Source: Candidatus Peregrinibacteria bacterium CG_4_10_14_0_2_um_filter_38_24 (lineage in GTDB: Bacteria > Patescibacteriota > Gracilibacteria > UBA1369 > LOWO2-01-FULL-3). From it: a DNA stretch of 64,000 nt. The DNA lies in assembly GCA_002792535.1 (NCBI GenBank), contig PFOM01000004.1:2551-66550 (forward strand). Direction: 5' to 3'. Made by a program: the position numbers and the translations under genes. Numbering within the stretch: the stretch's first letter is position 1; every line of letters starts with the position of its first letter. The notes beneath the pieces are model-generated. The model was not told where the DNA came from and ran no database searches. It saw only the letters and a list, made by a program, of their open reading frames with translations. This document shows positions 1 through 8,873 of the stretch, piece after piece.

Positions 1-354
1 ATTGATGCGCTTCATCCATCGTCTATCGGATTAGCTCATTATGATGCGTCAAAACATGGTGTTTGGGGGTTCACAAAAAATAGTGCACTTGAATTAGCGC
101 CTCATAAAATTTGGGTTAATGCCGTCGCTCCCGGTGGAATCGCGACTCCTGGAGTTGCAGAGATGCAAGGAGGTGGTGCTGATACAACCGTCGATATGTC
201 GAAATTTTTGGAAGTTTTCTTGAATAAAATTCCGATGCATCGGATGGGGGAACCGGATGATATTGCGAAAGTTGCTCTTTTCCTTGCGTCAGATATGTCG
301 TCTTATATGACCGGTTCACAAATCGTTGTTGATGGAGGATTTTTGTTGAGTTGA
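1..354 (+). CDS. SDR family oxidoreductase (5'-partial, runs off the window edge)
   Basis: Frame 1 is open from base 1: IDALHPSSIGLAHYDASKHGV (YxxxK), VNAVAPGG, C-terminal SYMTGSQIVVDGG. Confidence 0.92.
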   Translation: MDALHPSSIGLAHYDASKHGVWGFTKNSALELAPHKIWVNAVAPGGIATPGVAEMQGGGADTTVDMSKFLEVFLNKIPMHRMGEPDDIAKVALFLASDMSSYMTGSQIVVDGGFLLS

Positions 355-512
355 TAAAATCGTACTTATGGGTTTAACATTGGGGCGGTCTTTTCTGATT
401 TCAAAGGAAATTATTGTTGATGAGAATATTCGATAAATCAGAGGAAAGAACATTGCTGGATTGAAATAACTTTTTGATGTAGAATGGGTTTAAATTAAAA
501 ATTAATAGATAG

Positions 513-1787
513 ATGAAAATCGTTGTTATTATAATATTAACTCTGTTTAACGGGTTTTTTTCGTTGGCTGAGATTGCGATTTTGTCTGTGAAGAGGCACA
601 GGATGGAGCAAATGGCGGTGAAGGGAAATAAAAGGGCGCAGATGGTTTTGGAGTTATTGAAATATCCTGAAAGTTTTTTGTCTTCTGTTCAGGTGGGAAT
701 AACTTTGGTTGGAATAATCGCTGGTGCTTATGGTGGAGCGACTTTGACTCATGATCTTGTTCCTTATGTCGAAAAGATTGAGCTTTTTGCTCCGTATGCG
801 TATGGTGTATCTTTTGCGATAATTGTCACATTGATAACATATTTTTCGATTGTTTTTGGGGAATTGATTCCCAAGACTATTGCGTTGAATTATTCGGAAC
901 AAATTGCGCTTTTGATGGCACCGTTTGTGAAATCTTTTTCAAGTTTGAGTTATCCTTTCGTGAAAGTTCTTTCATTCTCAACTACATTGATTTTAAAAGT
1001 TCTAAGCATTAGAAATAAAAAATTGGATGATCTTACGGAGGAGGAGCTTAAATATTTGCTTAAGACTGCGGGGAAACAAGGTGTCTTGGAAAAAGATGAA
1101 ACGCAGATGCATCAAAATATATTTTTCTTTTCGGATCAAAAAGCAAAAAATTTGCAAACAAATGCGAGTGATATTGAGTGGATTGATGTGAATGAAAAGA
1201 TTGAAAATATTGAGAAAAAAATTAAGGATAGTCCTTATTCCAAATTCCCGGTATGTGATGGGGATTTGGATAAAATAAAAGGAATAATCACCTCCGAAGA
1301 TTTTTTTGAAAGGAGAAATCAGAAGAGGTTTTCTCTAAAAAGAATTTTGAGTGAGCCGATTTTTGTGCCTGAAAATATGAATGCTTTTGATATTTTGAAG
1401 TTGTTTAAAAAACACAAACAATATATTGGGATTGTTATGGATGAATTTGGGGAGGTGGAGGGGATTATTACTCTTCATGATTTGACTGAGGCTATTGTAG
1501 GAGAGCTTCCCGAGGTTCAAAATGAGATTGATCCGGATATTGTTATGAGGGATGATTATTCGTTTTTTGTGGATGGAGGAATACAAATTCATCATCTTAA
1601 TAAATCTCTTGGGGCTCAAGTTATTAATGAAAAGTCTCGTGATTATTTAACTTTGGCTGGATTTATTTTGCATCATTTAAAAAGAGTTCCGAAAGAGGGT
1701 GAGAAGTTTGTTAACAATGGATTTGAGCTGGAAATTATTGATTTGGATGGAAGGAGGATTGATAAAGTCTTGGTGAAAAAGATTTGA
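513..1787 (+). CDS. HlyC/CorC (CNNM + CBS pair + CorC) family membrane protein
   Basis: NGFFSLAEIA, FLSSVQVGIT, FGELIPK, CBS pair (YSKFPV, VMDEFG), C-terminal IDLDGRRIDKVLV. Confidence 0.93.
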   Translation: MKIVVIIILTLFNGFFSLAEIAILSVKRHRMEQMAVKGNKRAQMVLELLKYPESFLSSVQVGITLVGIIAGAYGGATLTHDLVPYVEKIELFAPYAYGVSFAIIVTLITYFSIVFGELIPKTIALNYSEQIALLMAPFVKSFSSLSYPFVKVLSFSTTLILKVLSIRNKKLDDLTEEELKYLLKTAGKQGVLEKDETQMHQNIFFFSDQKAKNLQTNASDIEWIDVNEKIENIEKKIKDSPYSKFPVCDGDLDKIKGIITSEDFFERRNQKRFSLKRILSEPIFVPENMNAFDILKLFKKHKQYIGIVMDEFGEVEGIITLHDLTEAIVGELPEVQNEIDPDIVMRDDYSFFVDGGIQIHHLNKSLGAQVINEKSRDYLTLAGFILHHLKRVPKEGEKFVNNGFELEIIDLDGRRIDKVLVKKI

Positions 1788-1828
1788 ATGGAAGGAGGAT
1801 TGATAAAGTCTTGGTGAAAAAGATTTGA
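1747..1828. repeat. Perfect 41-bp tandem duplication of the 3' end of the CNNM gene
   Basis: ATGGAAGGAGGATTGATAAAGTCTTGGTGAAAAAGATTTGA at 1747-1787 and 1788-1828. Confidence 0.95.
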
Positions 1829-1868
1829 AGGATGTATAATTGCGGTGGTAAAAAATAAAAATTTAGAA

Positions 1869-3284
1869 ATGACCAAATTTGAAAAACCAAAAGTGGTTGA
1901 AGTGGATAAAAAGCTAGGTCCTTCTAAGGTAAAAGGGTCTGAAGAGGAGAAATTTGATATTGAGCAGGGGGTAAGGGGAGTGTTAAAAGGGCTTGAGGCT
2001 GGGCTTGGGAATAAGTTGATTACCGGTTTGGATACTGAGGAATATAACCGAGTTTTTTTTGGTGATTTGGTGGATTTTCAAGCGGATCCAAAGCGTTTTG
2101 CGAAAATGTCTTCGCGTTTTGTTGAGCATCTTGCTCGGGCTATGAAAGAGGCAAAAGAAGTGAAATCTCCTGTCAGTTATGAAGCTGAGTTTGTTAACAT
2201 GGAGTTGAAGAATAGTGCAGGTCTTTTTGCTAGAATTACTCTTAAAAAGTTTTCTTCTGATGATGAAGAGTTTAAGGCTTTTGAAGAAGAAATTCAGAAA
2301 ATATCCGTAGGTTATATTTTATTGAGTTCAAAGGCTCAGCTTGATATTGCAATTAAATTAAAGGAGAAATGGAACTTTAGTGGTGATGCGGAGCTTTTGC
2401 GAAAAATGATAATTATTAATATAAAAAGGTCCGGTGATCTTAAGTATATGCAAATGGCGGTGAAAGATCCGAAATTTATGGCGGAATATCAGAAACTTAT
2501 TGAAAGTGGTGTGGATCCCGAAGAGGCTTTTGAAAAAGCTATGAAAAAAAGTTCGCTAAAATTACAGAAAAGTTTCAAAAAATATTCTAAACAATGGCAA
2601 AATTCTAGTGTTTCTGATGTTTTTTCTGAGAATACGGGAACAGTCGCCGGGGTAAAAGTTGAAGTGCCCTCCGGTGATGAGGTGAAGGCGGCTGTTGTGG
2701 CATATCAGCAAGAAGGTGTCCATATAGATATTCCATCTGGTGGTAATGTTGGCGTTGTGCATATCGGAAATGAAATTGAGAGAGATGCCGCAATATATTA
2801 TGTTGATGGTTCTCCGAAACTTTTTGTTTATGATCGTAATGCTGATGAAGGAATTCGTGGGCCAATTGATTCGTCAAAAGCGAAGGAAGCGTTTTTTGAG
2901 ATGAGTATTGATGATTATTTTAGTAAAAAATTTCGTGAATTTGCTACTTTTGATTCTGAAAAAGATCCGACAAAAGTGGCGGATAATAAATTGTTGAAGG
3001 TCGCTCATGCGTTTTTCCCCGATTCAGCATTGAATAAAATTGCGCTTGATGTTGGGACTAAACAGCTTTTGGATAATTTTGCTTATCTTTGTGTTACTGT
3101 TGACGAGAAGTATTTGTCGATGAGTAAAAAAATTGATTTTTTTGATCGTATCTCGAATGATCCATTGGCTTCGTATGCCGCTAAAAAGATTTTGTCGGAA
3201 AGGGATTTTGTAAAAGAACGAGGGAATTTGAGTGTTTTTGAGGGAGAATTGAAAGTAAAGAGGCCTCAGTTCTTTGAGGAGTGA
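1869..3284 (+). CDS. Hypothetical protein (~471 aa)
   Basis: Long ORF with normal codon usage. TATAAT at 1835-1840 favours ATG 1869 over GTG 1845. No family recognised. Confidence 0.8.
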   Translation: MTKFEKPKVVEVDKKLGPSKVKGSEEEKFDIEQGVRGVLKGLEAGLGNKLITGLDTEEYNRVFFGDLVDFQADPKRFAKMSSRFVEHLARAMKEAKEVKSPVSYEAEFVNMELKNSAGLFARITLKKFSSDDEEFKAFEEEIQKISVGYILLSSKAQLDIAIKLKEKWNFSGDAELLRKMIIINIKRSGDLKYMQMAVKDPKFMAEYQKLIESGVDPEEAFEKAMKKSSLKLQKSFKKYSKQWQNSSVSDVFSENTGTVAGVKVEVPSGDEVKAAVVAYQQEGVHIDIPSGGNVGVVHIGNEIERDAAIYYVDGSPKLFVYDRNADEGIRGPIDSSKAKEAFFEMSIDDYFSKKFREFATFDSEKDPTKVADNKLLKVAHAFFPDSALNKIALDVGTKQLLDNFAYLCVTVDEKYLSMSKKIDFFDRISNDPLASYAAKKILSERDFVKERGNLSVFEGELKVKRPQFFEE

Positions 3285-3291
3285 TGGTTTT

Positions 3292-3423
3292 ATGATCAAT
3301 GAGCCTTGTCATTATCATAAGTCTGGATGGAGAATGTTACATCATGTGTCTTTTTGCCGATTTATGGGCTGTAAGAATTTTAAGAGAATGCTTGAAAAAT
3401 ATAATGAAGATAAAAAATGTTAG
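3292..3423 (+). CDS. Small Cys/His-rich protein (43 aa), below the ORF-track cutoff
   Basis: MINEPCHYHKSGWRMLHHVSFCRFMGCKNFKRMLEKYNEDKKC* fills the gap and overlaps the next ATG by 7 nt. Confidence 0.55.
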   Translation: MINEPCHYHKSGWRMLHHVSFCRFMGCKNFKRMLEKYNEDKKC

Positions 3424-3908
3424 ATATTTATAAGTTTCTTGAAGATAATAAAATTGCATATCAGAGGTTTGATCATTCGGCTGTTTTTACTTGTGAGGAA
3501 GCTGATTTATTGGATATTGAAATTCCTGGAGTTAGTACGAAAAATCTTTTTTTGCGGGATAAAAATGGTAAGCGTCATTTTCTTGTTACGGTGGATAAAG
3601 ATAAACAAGTGGATTTTGGAAAATTGAAAGAAATCCTTGAGGTCTCGAAGTTGAGTTTTGGTTCGCCTGAGCGTTTACAGAAGTATCTTGGTTTAACTCC
3701 CGGATCTGTTACTTTACTTGGAGTTATCAATGATTCTGATGGGGTTGTTGAAGTAATTATTGATGAAGAAATTTGGGGGCAAACTTTGCAATGTCATCCT
3801 TTGATAAATACTGCTTCACTTGCTATTGAGCATGAAGAAATAAAGAGGTTTTTGGATGCGGCACGACATTCTCCGAGGATTATTTCTATTTCTGCTAAAA
3901 TTGTTTAA
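3417..3908 (+). CDS. YbaK/prolyl-tRNA synthetase-associated domain protein (ProXp-ala/PrdX-like trans-editing deacylase)
   Basis: HSAVFTCEEA, TKNLFLRDK, LGLTPGSVT, CHPLINTAS. Confidence 0.9.
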   Translation: MLDIYKFLEDNKIAYQRFDHSAVFTCEEADLLDIEIPGVSTKNLFLRDKNGKRHFLVTVDKDKQVDFGKLKEILEVSKLSFGSPERLQKYLGLTPGSVTLLGVINDSDGVVEVIIDEEIWGQTLQCHPLINTASLAIEHEEIKRFLDAARHSPRIISISAKIV

Positions 3909-6277
3909 TCTTCTTTTTCCTGTAAATAAAATGGTAAGAGCCATGGTGGTTTTAATTCGGGGATTTTTTTGATGAGATATAAATCATTTAAATTTATTTT
4001 TCCGTGATATAAATCTCGTAAATCTCCACCTTTTTCTATGAAAGCTAGAATCATTTTATTTCCTTTGAAGTAGACAAGTTCGCGAGTGAATCCTCCTGGT
4101 TTTGAGGTGTCTATAAGTCCACGTTTTGTTTTTAGTGCGACACGTTGAGCTCTGGCTCTGTTAAAACCAAGGCTTATTAATGCGTTGACGGTTTCGACGA
4201 AACTTCCTTTCAGGGCTTTATCAACGCCTATTGTTGATGAGGCTGGCCAATAAGTTTTTGGGATTGGATGTGACTGAACATTGTTTTGGTTGTATATGGC
4301 GAGGCCTTCTTCTGTAAATAAATAATCGGCTAAACCTCTTTGGAAAATTTTATAAGGTTGAGTTTTTCCGTTTACAGAGGTCAAAACGTGAGTTTCAATT
4401 TCATGAGCTATTGTGCCCTTGAGTCTTTGGGATGAAAAAGTTGCATCTTCGCGAATTGATATGTTTTTTTCTTTTCCTGCAATTACGTCGGAGATTAATT
4501 CTTTTTGAATAGAAACACTCCATTGTTTTAGGCCATATTTAGCGAGGATTTCTTCAAATTTGGCTTTTGCCTGAAGTGCATTTATCATAGGGCCTTCTTC
4601 CGGAAAAGTAGTCGGCATTGTTTTTACAAATGCTTCGGCTTCTTCTACCAATAGTGGATCAGGGGCTCCATAAAGTTCTATGGATTTTTCAACAAATTGA
4701 TCTGTTCCTCTGGCTTGTAATAAATTTATTTTGCGTATGATTTCGTCGGCTTTCTTTTTCCAAAGTATTCCGATAATTGAATCGGGGAATGCCATGTTTT
4801 GGATTGTAGTGATGAATTCTTCTGCATTAAAATTTAATGGTTTGTAAATAAATTGAGGATTGTAATTCGTGTCGGCAAGAATTTGTTTTTCCTCCTCTTC
4901 TAAATTTATTGGCTTCAAATAATGTAATAAATGTATTTGTTTGTCGATATCCATCAGGCTTGATTCAAGTGCAAGGCTTTTGGTGTTTTTGGATGGTTTT
5001 TCGGTGAAGATAGAAGGCCATGAAATTTTTGGAATTTTGACGGCATTGCGGAGTATGGTTTTTTTATTCGGATCAATTAATATGTCTTTTAAATCACGCA
5101 TGCCAAGTTGGACGGGAGTGTCTTCTCCCAAGTCTCCGATATCGACGACTGTGACAATTCTTTGGGTTTTGATGTTAAGTTTGCATTTTGTGTCGGGTTC
5201 TATCCCTAATAATCGCGCTAAATGTTGATCTACCATTGTTTTTTCTTTCGAGAAGTCTACACGTGCATTTACCTTTTGTTTCCCTTTTTCTCCAATGATT
5301 TCAATAGTGTCGTTTACTCCGATAATTGGTTTTTCTTTTTGTTCGGTAGGTCTTTCGGCGCGTTGTCCGAAAAGATCGAGGGCGATTCGTACGCCTTTTT
5401 CTGGCGTTTGGACTTTGATTCCTTCAATACGTTCGAGTCGGCGATGTAGAGGGGCCATGTTTGCGATTTGTACTGAAAGTCCGGCGCGTGCGTTGATTTC
5501 GAGAAGGACTGGCCCTGATGTTTTATCTAAACTTATGTCTATTGCGGCAAAACCAAGATTACTTATTTGTTGAACGCGAGAGGCGATTAATAGGATTTTT
5601 TCCCAATGAGGAATTTTTAAACCTGTGATGTCTCCGTATCCCGGAACTTCCGAAATTCTTTTGCCGTATTGTGTTGTGTATGTAATTTCTCCTTTGGAAA
5701 TGTCGATTCCTGCGGCAATTCCTCCTAAATGCACGTTGGCTTTTCCGTCGGATTTTTCTGTTGGTAGTCGCAACATTGCCATTACCGGGATGAGGTTGTG
5801 AACGATTACACGGATGTCTGGAAGACCTTTGTAGGCGATTGAAGCAAATGGTTCCGGTGCTATAAGTATTTGCTCGAAGAGTGCAATGTCTGAAATTTCA
5901 TTCATGGAATAACGGCTGTCCAGTATGTCTTCAATATGATCTTTTAAAGTTTCTTGGGAAATACTTTCGTCGTTTGATTTGATGAATTTTTTCCCTTTTC
6001 TATCTTTTATAATTATTATTCCTTCTCCGCCGTATCCGGAATCTGGTTTCACTACAAATGATTGAGGAAGTGCGTTCCAATTAAAATTTTTTAATTCTTT
6101 TTTTTCGGAAATAGATGCATATAATTTTGCTGTTGGAATGCCGCGGGCCGCGAGAAAGTGTTTTGTTTTTAGCTTACTGTCTGCCATCAATACGGCCTTT
6201 TTTTGATTGTAGGCTTTTATGTAAAGTAGATTTCTAGCGTTGATGCCGAGAAGGCCTGGATTGTGAAAAAACCACAT
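3905..6277 (-). CDS. Fusion: alpha-L-glutamate-ligase-like ATP-grasp + degenerate retropepsin-like domain + DUF1704 (QEGLA/MATCAP-like) HExxxH metallocarboxypeptidase
   Basis: N-term LGINARN, VVKPDSGYGGEGI, GLPDIRVI, GKANVHLGG, LEINARAGL; middle PIIG..ARVDFS..LGMRDL..ILIDP; C-term HEIETH (4388-4405), TEEGLA (EEGLA at 4298-4312), RALKTKRG-like segment, GGFTRELVYFKG. Confidence 0.85.
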   Translation of the reverse strand: MWFFHNPGLLGINARNLLYIKAYNQKKAVLMADSKLKTKHFLAARGIPTAKLYASISEKKELKNFNWNALPQSFVVKPDSGYGGEGIIIIKDRKGKKFIKSNDESISQETLKDHIEDILDSRYSMNEISDIALFEQILIAPEPFASIAYKGLPDIRVIVHNLIPVMAMLRLPTEKSDGKANVHLGGIAAGIDISKGEITYTTQYGKRISEVPGYGDITGLKIPHWEKILLIASRVQQISNLGFAAIDISLDKTSGPVLLEINARAGLSVQIANMAPLHRRLERIEGIKVQTPEKGVRIALDLFGQRAERPTEQKEKPIIGVNDTIEIIGEKGKQKVNARVDFSKEKTMVDQHLARLLGIEPDTKCKLNIKTQRIVTVVDIGDLGEDTPVQLGMRDLKDILIDPNKKTILRNAVKIPKISWPSIFTEKPSKNTKSLALESSLMDIDKQIHLLHYLKPINLEEEEKQILADTNYNPQFIYKPLNFNAEEFITTIQNMAFPDSIIGILWKKKADEIIRKINLLQARGTDQFVEKSIELYGAPDPLLVEEAEAFVKTMPTTFPEEGPMINALQAKAKFEEILAKYGLKQWSVSIQKELISDVIAGKEKNISIREDATFSSQRLKGTIAHEIETHVLTSVNGKTQPYKIFQRGLADYLFTEEGLAIYNQNNVQSHPIPKTYWPASSTIGVDKALKGSFVETVNALISLGFNRARAQRVALKTKRGLIDTSKPGGFTRELVYFKGNKMILAFIEKGGDLRDLYHGKINLNDLYLIKKIPELKPPWLLPFYLQEKED

Positions 6278-6295
6278 GATGTAAGAGTTAGTTTA

Positions 6296-7807
6296 TTATT
6301 CTTCTTCAGCATGTTTCATGACTTCTCGGAAACGGAATATTTCTGTTAGTCTTAGGCCAGTCCAACGGCTGAGGAGGACATTGATGAGAAGTAAAAGGAG
6401 GATTAGTTCGGGATAGGCCAACATTAGTGTTTGCATGTATTCCCATTCGACCAATTCATAACATAATATTGAGACTGCCATTGTTTCTGTCATGAGAAAT
6501 ATTGTTGCTTTGTATCCACGACCACTCAATGCGTTCGCGAATTTTTCGGCCATTGTTGTCATAACTAAGATTGGGAAAACTGCAATTGATGCGATTTGAC
6601 TAACATTTAGCCACGCTCCAAAAGCCAGTAAGCCTAAAATTACTAAAGTGGAAGAACATAAAATAATTGCTAGACGTGGATGATGTAATAGATGGAAGCG
6701 ATCAAGAACTTTTCTAAATAGTGCTCCAGTGATGATGATTACCGCTAGGATAGCCAAACCTGCATTTATGCCTAAGGCAAGGAAAGATAAGGTTATGATT
6801 GATGTGGAATAAAGTCCAAATGTTCCGAATCCGATGACTTGTTTGATGAATGTAATTAGCGTGACAATGAGTGGTAACATAAGAAGTAGGACGATTGTAT
6901 TTGAGGGGATTCCTTTTGTAATCATGTAATTTACCAAAGAAGAAATTGCGTTCCATAAGCCTATATGACTTGATTCTGCATTGATGATGCTATATTGAGC
7001 TCCGCCTTTTGATAAAGATATTATGAAGTCTTTTGTCGAGGCTGAGGCGATTAGATTTCTTAATTGATGTTGTCTTGTTAGAATGATTTGCTGAGGTTCA
7101 ATAATGTTGAAATTGCTCTGCATGATTCTTCCGAGCGTTGTGAGGTTTTTTTCACTAATTACGATGAGGCTTTTCCCTTTTAAAATTTCTTTGATTTCAG
7201 GGCGTTCTTGGACAAGTCTTGTGAGGGAGTTGATTCCGCTACCACGGCTGGTCCATAGGATGATATTTTCTGCACTACCAAGAATGTTTTTTTCTTCGAC
7301 TGTTTTTTTTGCTAAGGCTTCTTCGGAAATGAAAGCGGTAGTGCTGTCATAACTATCTATAACTTTAATGAAAATGCCGTTGTCTTTTGCTTCTTCAACT
7401 AGGCTTTGAATGGTTTCCTTTTGATCCGAAATATCTGTCAAAAGAGCCATTAATTTGCTGTAAACGAAAACGTTATGAATTACTATTGTATCCTTATCTC
7501 TTTGTTTCATTGTTAATGTGACTTGGTAGGAGCCTGTGTCCTTAAAACTGTGAACAACTTCTTCGCCTTTTTCGAAAGGTGATTTATCTCCAAAGTCCCA
7601 AGAATATGTTACCGGTTCGTCTGGATAGAGAAGTTGTGGAGAGGATATGTCAAAAATAATATTTTTGCCTGCCTCTACTATGTCGTTTGCGGCTATAGTT
7701 ACGCTAAATTGTGGATCGGATAAACTTACTCCTTGTGCAAGTTGTGCCGTCATTACTATGGATAAAATAAATCCAATTAGTAGTATTTTAATTATTTGCT
7801 TAATCAT
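6296..7807 (-). CDS. PKD domain + 7TM (7TM_transglut-like) membrane protein
   Basis: Signal peptide, TYSWDFGD..VVHSF..TGSYQVTL (PKD), C-terminal TM block LLMLP..KQVIGFGTFG..PRLA..FPILVMT..AEK..WTGLRLTEIFRF; ends AEEE. ATG 7807 preferred to TTG 7843. Confidence 0.85.
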   Translation of the reverse strand: MIKQIIKILLIGFILSIVMTAQLAQGVSLSDPQFSVTIAANDIVEAGKNIIFDISSPQLLYPDEPVTYSWDFGDKSPFEKGEEVVHSFKDTGSYQVTLTMKQRDKDTIVIHNVFVYSKLMALLTDISDQKETIQSLVEEAKDNGIFIKVIDSYDSTTAFISEEALAKKTVEEKNILGSAENIILWTSRGSGINSLTRLVQERPEIKEILKGKSLIVISEKNLTTLGRIMQSNFNIIEPQQIILTRQHQLRNLIASASTKDFIISLSKGGAQYSIINAESSHIGLWNAISSLVNYMITKGIPSNTIVLLLMLPLIVTLITFIKQVIGFGTFGLYSTSIITLSFLALGINAGLAILAVIIITGALFRKVLDRFHLLHHPRLAIILCSSTLVILGLLAFGAWLNVSQIASIAVFPILVMTTMAEKFANALSGRGYKATIFLMTETMAVSILCYELVEWEYMQTLMLAYPELILLLLLINVLLSRWTGLRLTEIFRFREVMKHAEEE

Positions 7808-7981
7808 GTTTGAAATTGTATCATTTTTCGTTTGTGGTATCAAGAATGATGTTGCTTTTGGTTTGAGGGGTGTGGCTGTTGAACAAGAATTTTGAGATAG
7901 GTCAATTAGAAATTTGAAATAATTTTTTCAAAAAAGCTGTAATGGTTTAGATAAAGCCGGATTGTCTAATTCACCAGAAAT

Positions 7982-8010
7982 TTGACCGATTATCAATAAA
8001 TTGATAGAAT
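7982..8010 (+). promoter_or_regulatory. Sigma70-type promoter with an overlapping palindromic operator
   Basis: TTGACC (7982-7987), 17 bp spacer, TG-n-TAGAAT (8002-8010); palindrome TATCAAT-AA-ATTGATA at 7991-8006. Confidence 0.7.
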
Positions 8011-8056
8011 TTATGAGTTGTACAAATTCTTTTTTTATTTTTTAAATACTTTTTAT

Positions 8057-8245
8057 ATGTCAGATGACAATACACAGGCAGGTGAAATGCCAGTTGCTCC
8101 AGAGGCACCAGTTGCTCCAGAAGCACCAGTTGCTCCAGAAGCACCAGTTGTTCCAGAAGCACCAGTTGCTCCAGAAGCACCAGTTGCTCCAGAAGCACCA
8201 GTTGCTCCAGAAGCACCAGTTGCTCCAGAAGCACCAGTAATGTAA
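8057..8245 (+). CDS. Small acidic Pro/Ala repeat protein [11 protein letters not shown](PVAPEA)8PVM (62 aa)
   Basis: ATG after an AT-rich leader; own promoter upstream and terminator downstream. Confidence 0.7.
   Translation: MSDDNTQAGEMPVAPEAPVAPEAPVAPEAPVVPEAPVAPEAPVAPEAPVAPEAPVAPEAPVM
8090..8239 (+). repeat. 18-bp tandem repeat x8.3 (CCAGTTGCTCCAGAAGCA)
   Basis: Directly visible; two single-base variants (GAG/GAA, GCT/GTT). Confidence 0.95.
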
Positions 8246-8256
8246 TTTGCAAAATC

Positions 8257-8281
8257 AAAGCCTGCGAAAGCAGGCTTTTTT
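8257..8281 (+). terminator. Rho-independent terminator
   Basis: AAAGCCTGC-GAAA-GCAGGCTTT followed by a T run. Confidence 0.85.
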
Positions 8282-8330
8282 GTTGTGTTTATGGTATCAT
8301 GGTTCGGCTTTATCATTAAATCAAAGTAAT

Positions 8331-8870
8331 ATGACTCATCCGTGGCATGGAGTAGAAGTAGGGGACGAGGTTCCTGAGGTGGTAAATTGTATTATTGAAA
8401 TCCCGAAAGGGTCTCGGTTAAAGTATGAACTTGATAAAAAAAGTGGGCTTTTGAGGCTTGATCGTGTGCTTTTTTCTGCGGTTTTTTATCCTGAGAATTA
8501 TGGATTTATTCCACAAACATATTGTGATGATAATGATCCTCTCGATATTGTTTTGATTTCTGAGGCGCCTATTCAGCCTTTGACTATTGTTGAGGCGAAG
8601 GTGATTGGGGTTATGCAGATGCTTGATTCAGGGGAAGCTGATGATAAAATCATTGCGGTTGCGTTGAATGATATGAGTGTGAATTATATCAATAATATTG
8701 ATCAACTTCCTCCTCATTTTATTGTTGAATTGAAAAACTTTTTTGAGGAATATAAAAAACTTGAGAAAAATAAAGAAGTGAAAGTTCAAGAATTCCAGAA
8801 TAAAAAAGTGGCATATGAAATTATTCGGAAAAGTGTTGAGGCGTATAAGAAGAAGGGGTTTAAGGTTTAG
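8331..8870 (+). CDS. ppa: Soluble inorganic pyrophosphatase (family I)
   Basis: [45 protein letters not shown]; start at MTHPWH. Confidence 0.96.
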   Translation: MTHPWHGVEVGDEVPEVVNCIIEIPKGSRLKYELDKKSGLLRLDRVLFSAVFYPENYGFIPQTYCDDNDPLDIVLISEAPIQPLTIVEAKVIGVMQMLDSGEADDKIIAVALNDMSVNYINNIDQLPPHFIVELKNFFEEYKKLEKNKEVKVQEFQNKKVAYEIIRKSVEAYKKKGFKV

Positions 8871-8873
8871 TCC

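Noticed and set aside
8053-8316. Collagen-like (GASGAT)n ORF on the minus strand, and the (VLLEQL)n ORF at 7971-8258
   Set aside because: Shadow frames of the 18-bp repeat; promoter, ATG and terminator all point to the + strand PVAPEA ORF.
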